Of a stretch of 64,000 bases of DNA, positions 58,482 through 64,000 are shown piece after piece. The notes beneath the pieces were generated by a model. That model was not told the DNA's origin. It made no database searches and was given only the letters and a program-made list of their open reading frames with translations. The translations under genes were made by a program, and so were the position numbers. The stretch comes from Albugo candida (taxonomy: Eukaryota): positions 248,001 through 312,000 of the forward strand of contig JBDOQK010000039.1 in NCBI GenBank assembly GCA_040437565.1. The letters run 5' to 3'. Position 1 is the first letter of the stretch, and every line of letters begins with the position of its first letter.

Positions 58482-59135
58482 TTATAATGACACTATCATC
58501 CAGTAGAAAAACGTCAGGAATGTTAAAATTGCGTTCATATGAAAACTGACAATGCGTCCAGACGATGACGCTTGCACAGACTTTTCTTGAATGAAAGCCT
58601 CATTTTTTTGTGATTCCGGTGCAGCGATAGATTCTGAGTCATTGTTGTCAATAGTGGATCCTGCGGAATGATGCGATGATGAGGAATCTTCTCTCTGTAC
58701 AGGTACCTCCAAAGTAAAATTCTGCACACTCATATTTGAGCAACGCAAGCCGGAAAGTGTGATTAAGCTCCAATTATTTCGTCTTCCTGGATGAGTTGGT
58801 TGAAAGTCTCGGTCTCGCGTAGATAGGATAGATACCCCAGAGCAGCACGGATCGCCCAATTCTTCTCCATTCGTGGCTCCATCATGATCCGAATCCAGCT
58901 CACACAATCTTTTAGTCCACGCAAGTCCTCCATCACGGAAATCTTTTCCAAAAGAATTCAACGGTCCTCCACCCTCTTCATTCTCATGACCAGCAGCTTG
59001 TGTGCCCTCAATTTGATCTCCATTCGGAATGCGATTGACAAATTTCGGCAACGCCTCCGTCTTGTTATAGCGTACAATTGTTAACAATACCACAGAGAAG
59101 ATCTGCCACCATGTATAATAAGAAAGAGTCTTCAT
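58482..59135 (-). CDS. Secreted or membrane-anchored temptin-domain protein
   Basis: Signal peptide; RIPNG...GH...GGGPLNSFGKDF...WTKRLCELDSDHDGATNGEELGDPCC; Ser-rich linker; hydrophobic C-terminus. Confidence 0.8.
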   Translation of the reverse strand: MKTLSYYTWWQIFSVVLLTIVRYNKTEALPKFVNRIPNGDQIEGTQAAGHENEEGGGPLNSFGKDFRDGGLAWTKRLCELDSDHDGATNGEELGDPCCSGVSILSTRDRDFQPTHPGRRNNWSLITLSGLRCSNMSVQNFTLEVPVQREDSSSSHHSAGSTIDNNDSESIAAPESQKNEAFIQEKSVQASSSGRIVSFHMNAILTFLTFFYWMIVSL

Positions 59136-59292
59136 TAATGAATAAAACGAACTTTTACACCTGCTGACTTGCTGAGAAGTGCCGATTTCTGAGGAAGAAT
59201 CATAACCATGATAGAAACAGACCTCGCATTGTCACGATCTTTCTCCTGTCTGGGTCCTAATCTAGGATTAAATACAAGGACCGTCGTTCAGA

Positions 59293-60554
59293 ATGGCACT
59301 GGCCGATGTGGATCAGTCCAAATGCATTGAGGTACGCCTAACGCGAATCGAAAATGTATTGTCGGAATTGGAAGCAGTATGGCGTGTAAAACAACACCTC
59401 TTAAAGTGCAGGGTGTCAAGCGCTGTCCTAAAAGTAGCGCCGAGAGATTGCTATTACCACTGGACCCTTCAGGAAAGAGCGTACGTATCAACCTGTATAC
59501 GTTATCAGTAAATTCTAATAAAAGCAGTGCGTTTCTTGATTGCAATATTGAGCATCTATGCAAAAGTATCATTGTTGAAAACACGGCATATGCAAAGAAA
59601 AGCATAAATCATGCGTACGGTGGCCGATATTTGTGCATCATGGTGCAGTATCAAGAAAGATTAGATGCAGAGCAATTGTCACGCTTTGTATGTGCTCTTG
59701 TCGCGAAGGAAACAGGAATAGCGGTGGCTCGNNNNNNNNNNNNNNNNNNNNNNNNNNNNNNNNNNNNNNNNNNNNNNNNNNNNNNNNNNNNNNNNNNNNN
59801 NNNNNNNNNNNNNNNNNNNNNNNNNNNNNNNAATGCATTGAGGTACGCCTAACGCGAATCGAAAATGTATTGTCGGAATTGGAAGCAGTATGGCGTGTAA
59901 AACAACACCTCTTAAAGTGCAGGGTGTCAAGCGCTGTCCTAAAAGTAGCGCCGAGAGATTGCTATTACCACTGGACCCTTCAGGAAAGAGCGTACGTATC
60001 AACCTGTATACGTTATCAGTAAATTCTAATAAAAGCAGTGCGTTTCTTGATTGCAATATTGAGCATCTATGCAAAAGTATCATTGTTGAAAACACGGCAT
60101 ATGCAAAGAAAAGCATAAATCATGCGTACGGTGGCCGATATTTGTGCATCATGGTGCAGTATCAAGAAAGATTAGATGCAGAGCAATTGTCACGCTTTGT
60201 ATGTGCTCTTGTCGCGAAGGAAACAGGAATAGCGGTGGCTCGGAAATATTTCAGCTTTCAGCATGCTCCCAAAGATGTATGCGCCGAGCGAACGGGATTT
60301 GAGCATAATGGAGTATCTCCTTTCGGATCAAAACAATTCTTCCCGGTAAATATGTACTATTTGATTATCGGCACGTGTATACTGAAACGATGTAAAAGGT
60401 GATTGCATCGGAGGAGATATTGAAAACAAGGTCTGGGTACGTTTGGCTCGGTGGAGGCGCTCCAAACTTCAAACTTAAAGTTGCTACTTCACAACTCGTC
60501 CGCGCGCTTGATGCTCAAGTTGCTCCAAATATTACCAGACTACGGATAAACTAG
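59293..60554 (+). CDS. YbaK/prolyl-tRNA editing (aminoacyl-tRNA deacylase) domain protein, 3 exons, interrupted by an assembly overlap
   Basis: YYHWTLQERA|AFLDC..HLCKSIIVEN, MVQYQERL, RTGFEHNGVSPFG, VWLGGGAPNFKL; stop at 60552-60554. Confidence 0.85.
59321..60242. repeat. Gap-flanking duplication 59321-59731 = 59832-60242 (411 bp)
   Basis: Same sequence across 100-N gap 59732-59831. Confidence 0.9.
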
Positions 60555-60651
60555 ACGATTCCAAACGTTTTGAAGTATATTGAAATGCAGTGCAGTTATC
60601 TTTTTTGGAAAAAATTGGAAATTCCTTGAAGTTGACCTCTCGCGAATAATA

Positions 60652-60984
60652 CTATCGTTTTTTGAAGCCATACTTCTTCCTTTCGTAAAATAAATCAGTC
60701 TTCGAACTACCCAGATTAACAATTTTTGGACAGCCATCTCGATCGCCTTCAGCTCGTGTGCATTCATAACAATAGTAAGCATCTGAAATCCCAGGACCTC
60801 CGCAAATGACACAGCGACCTTGATAGGATCCATAATTACACTCGTCACAGATCCGAACAAGTGTGTACGGACGAACATAAGAGTCACAAATTACGCACTT
60901 TCCGTCATCTTTCTCACACAGCCTACCAATTGCAACGCCTGGTTGTTTTCGGCACATAACTAAATCCGGGTGATGCTTTGCCAT
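60652..60984 (-). CDS. PHF5A: SF3b subunit PHF5A (Rds3)
   Basis: 110 aa [39 protein letters not shown]...[14 protein letters not shown], near-invariant PHF5A sequence. Confidence 0.98.
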   Translation of the reverse strand: MAKHHPDLVMCRKQPGVAIGRLCEKDDGKCVICDSYVRPYTLVRICDECNYGSYQGRCVICGGPGISDAYYCYECTRAEGDRDGCPKIVNLGSSKTDLFYERKKYGFKKR

Positions 60985-61401
60985 TTGGAACGGAACGACT
61001 GAAGTGTTCCCCTGTTTCTTATTACTTTTGATTGGCTGGAAATCATCGGATCAAAATACTGTTCAATCAAAAACGACTTTAAGAATTTAGTGACTTTTGT
61101 TTGGTGGAATTTTAGGCGTGGCTGCTTATTCAAATTGATGTCGTCCACCCCAGCCTTGAGAATGAGGCTTTAATTGTGTATGCAGGGGAGATATATATTA
61201 TAAGGGAGTGGCATAGGCAGTTTCTGTATGGTATAGTGAATCCTCATAACCCATTTTGCTCTATAATAAAACAAAGTGAAGAGCACCTAGACCGCGTTCT
61301 GCATACAAACTTGGAATACAAGAGAGCTAGCACACAAGGGTCTGACTTTGACTGAGTATAATATCAATTGTGTAAATCTCATTTTTCGGCACTGCTCAGC
61401 A

Positions 61402-62097
61402 ATGGAACCATTAGCAACAACATCGTCTTTTGGCGAAGTAGCATGGGCTGATCCTATCGCGGAGAAGGGAAAGAAACGGAAGCGCTTACAGAAGAAAGCA
61501 CCAGGTGCTCCAAAACGTGGTAAATCACCCTATATCCTCTTCTCGATGGATAAAAGAGAAGAAATCAAGTCGCATATGCCGGATGATGCTAAAGTCACAG
61601 ACGTCATGCGAGCCATTGCGGATGCTTGGTCCAAAATGTCAGAGGATGAAAAGCAACCATGGAAATCTGCTGCTGAAGTCGATAAACAACGTTATGAAGA
61701 AGAAATGGCATCGTATGACGGCCCTCTCCGAGTTCCTAATAAACGTGCCAAAAAAGACCCTTCTGCACCGAAACGAGCATCGTCAGCATTCTTATTTTAT
61801 AGTCAAGTCATGCGGCCCCAGTTGAAGAAAGAGAACCCAGATTTGAAGAACACTGACATCTCCAAACGGTTAGGAGAGGCTTGGTCCAAAGCAACGGACG
61901 TTCAGAAAGCTCCTTACGTAGAAAAAGAACGAGAGGATCGAAGTCGATACAAGCGTGAAATGGAAGAGTGGAATATTACGAAGGATTCCATCGAACGTGA
62001 GATTGCTGTTGCACAACAGCAGTACAATAGTTACATGGCAATGACAGGGTTCGACCAAGTAGAACAACCAGCCACTTTTTCAACAAGGGAATTATAA
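61402..62097 (+). CDS. Tandem HMG-box protein (HMGB-like)
   Basis: Two boxes: APKRGKSPYILF...W..MSEDEKQPW...DKQRYEEEM and DPSAPKRASSAFLFY...ISKRLGEAW...RYKREM. Confidence 0.92.
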   Translation: MEPLATTSSFGEVAWADPIAEKGKKRKRLQKKAPGAPKRGKSPYILFSMDKREEIKSHMPDDAKVTDVMRAIADAWSKMSEDEKQPWKSAAEVDKQRYEEEMASYDGPLRVPNKRAKKDPSAPKRASSAFLFYSQVMRPQLKKENPDLKNTDISKRLGEAWSKATDVQKAPYVEKEREDRSRYKREMEEWNITKDSIEREIAVAQQQYNSYMAMTGFDQVEQPATFSTREL

Positions 62098-62470
62098 ATA
62101 CGGCGATTATTGAGCCAACAAATGAAGACGTCGAGATAATGTTGTGTATAGAGCCACATAAATTTACGGTTTTGCCGGTAGTGTCGTAATTTGTATGCTA
62201 CTCGAATGATTATCTCGTGTGTTACATTACTTTACGTAAATATGTAGCGTGTCATCGCATCATGTAGCAACTGCGTCGCGAGTAATGCATAGCAATGTAA
62301 TTCTAGTTCACGTCGAACGTCTGCATTGCAAACATTCATTTTCCAAAAGGTCAAAGACTGCTCAACAGCATTATACTATCTCACTTTCTCACGTGATTTA
62401 CCGGCTCTGCCCGAACACACTTTGTGTACCTTATCCAACCATTTGAAAAGAGTCTATTTCGCCGCATTGT

Positions 62471-64000
62471 ATGGCCATGATTGAGACTCTCACATCTACA
62501 TCACTTGAAATCGGCAATGAAATTTGGATATCTGATCCAAAACAAGTTTGGCGCACTGTTAAAATAAAAAGAATTCACCAAAATGGCTTCGTTGTCGACG
62601 TCGCTGGTGCGTACAAGACCGAAACTATCGATATTCGTGAAGCTGGGGGATTGTTCAAAGTGAACCCAAATGTTGTCGACGATATGACTGGTCTTTACTA
62701 CATTCACGAAGCTGGTATACTACATAATCTGGCCATGCGATTGCGTCCTGAATGTTTGCGTCCATATACGTTGATGGCCAATGTATTGATTGCTGTGAAT
62801 CCTTTGGTAAAAATTGTTGAACCCAAAGTGGAGGACTACATTAAAGCACAGTTGGGAGAATGCTCACCTCATCCTTATCTCATTGCGGAAATGGCATTCC
62901 AGCAAATGATTTTGCAGAAGGAAAATGCTCAATCCCAGTCAATCGTTATTTCAGGGGAGTCAGGCGCAGGAAAAACAGAGACCTCGAAGGTTGTGTTACG
63001 TTTTTTGACGTCTCGGGAATATGTCTTTGCTGCAAGCAGCGAGCAATTGGTCAAGCTCCCAGCAACCAAATTGGCGGAAGTTGCGATGCCTGAGAAAGCT
63101 GATTCAATACAAAGCAGCTACGGGACTGAAATTGATAAGAGGTTATGGGACACTAATCCAATACTCGAGGCTTTCGGTAACGCGAAAACATCACGTAATC
63201 ACAATTCCTCTCGCTTTGGTAAGTACATGAATCTGCAATTTGATGATAAAAATTCCTTCAAGCTTTCGGCTGCGTTCATTGAGACATATCTGCTCGAGAA
63301 GTTCCGAGTAGTGGCACAGATCCCTGGAGAACGAAATTTTCATATCTTTTACTTTTTAATATCTGGAGCAGATGAAGAACTGCGACATGATCTCCGGCTA
63401 CATTCCGCAGAATCTTTCACATATTTGAATCGGAGTAATTGTATATCTGATCCGAACATTGATGACGAGATATTGTTTGATGAAGTCGTTAGCGCTATGA
63501 CGACAGTAAACATCGATTCAAGTATGCAAAAGGAAATATGGAAGATTTTGGCAGCTGTATTGCATCTCGGAAACATACAATTTCAATTAGCAGAGACTTC
63601 CGAAGGAGAGAGTGTCCAAGTTGCTGATCTGGACGCACTTGAGATTTGTGCTGAGTTACTGGGTGTGGACCCGGCCAACCTTTTTCGTGTCATCACGGAG
63701 CGAGAGATTGTCACTCGAGATGAGAAGATTTCGATAAAGAGAACTGTGAAAGAAGGTTGCCAAATTCGAGATACCATTGCCAAGTCAATTTATTCTCAGC
63801 TGTTCAAATGGATTGTATACAGAATTAACGTCACGCTTGGACGTAAAAGTCGGCCGCTTCCTTTTATCGGGGTGCTTGATATTTTTGGTTTCGAATCTTT
63901 TGAGAGAAATGATTTTGAACAGCTTTTGATCAATTTTGCCAGCGAGGCTTTACAAGCAACGTTCAATCAGCACGTCTTTGTTGCCGAACAAGATCTATTC
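62471..64000 (+). CDS. Myosin heavy chain (motor domain; runs off window end)
   Basis: Open frame from ATG 62471: DDMTGLYYIHEAGILHNL, LIAVNP, ISGESGAGKTE, LEAFGNAKTSRNHNSSRFGKY, YLLEK, ERNFHIFY, GVLDIFGFE; missing from the ORF track because there is no stop before the end. Confidence 0.93.
   Translation, partial: MAMIETLTSTSLEIGNEIWISDPKQVWRTVKIKRIHQNGFVVDVAGAYKTETIDIREAGGLFKVNPNVVDDMTGLYYIHEAGILHNLAMRLRPECLRPYTLMANVLIAVNPLVKIVEPKVEDYIKAQLGECSPHPYLIAEMAFQQMILQKENAQSQSIVISGESGAGKTETSKVVLRFLTSREYVFAASSEQLVKLPATKLAEVAMPEKADSIQSSYGTEIDKRLWDTNPILEAFGNAKTSRNHNSSRFGKYMNLQFDDKNSFKLSAAFIETYLLEKFRVVAQIPGERNFHIFYFLISGADEELRHDLRLHSAESFTYLNRSNCISDPNIDDEILFDEVVSAMTTVNIDSSMQKEIWKILAAVLHLGNIQFQLAETSEGESVQVADLDALEICAELLGVDPANLFRVITEREIVTRDEKISIKRTVKEGCQIRDTIAKSIYSQLFKWIVYRINVTLGRKSRPLPFIGVLDIFGFESFERNDFEQLLINFASEALQATFNQHVFVAEQDLF

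Noticed and set aside
55634..60984. Functional splicing cluster (AAR2 + PHF5A)
   Set aside because: Separated by unrelated genes; proximity is expected by chance in a compact genome

Overview
Compact, intron-containing eukaryotic DNA (by eye roughly 40-45% GC, introns about 50-60 nt). Gene families such as START-FYVE, TKL receptor kinase, temptin, an atypical bZIP and an oomycete-type copia gag point to an oomycete; an Albugo-like white rust is my best guess (inference). About 27 protein genes can be supported. Several are fragmented or absent in the ORF track and were reconstructed by splicing: GINS Sld5, RAD51C, a NOL7/Utp16-like gene and a myosin running off the end. There is one decayed Ty1/copia LTR element (51422-54100) and two gene-poor stretches (about 1.3-6.2 kb and 48-51.4 kb). 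It is a draft scaffold with twelve 100-N gaps, eight flanked by near-exact direct duplications (25-1699 bp), so most apparent tandem gene copies are probably assembly overlaps. No CRISPR, rRNA or tRNA was seen, and I found no convincing novel multi-gene system. The best leads are single genes: a PTEN-C2/UBA/PHD formin with four WASHC3-like repeats and no FH1, an FABP-like protein, a PFK-2 with a dead phosphatase domain, a kinesin-14 with altered P-loop/switch I, a His-variant bZIP and an uncharacterised gene cut by a gap.
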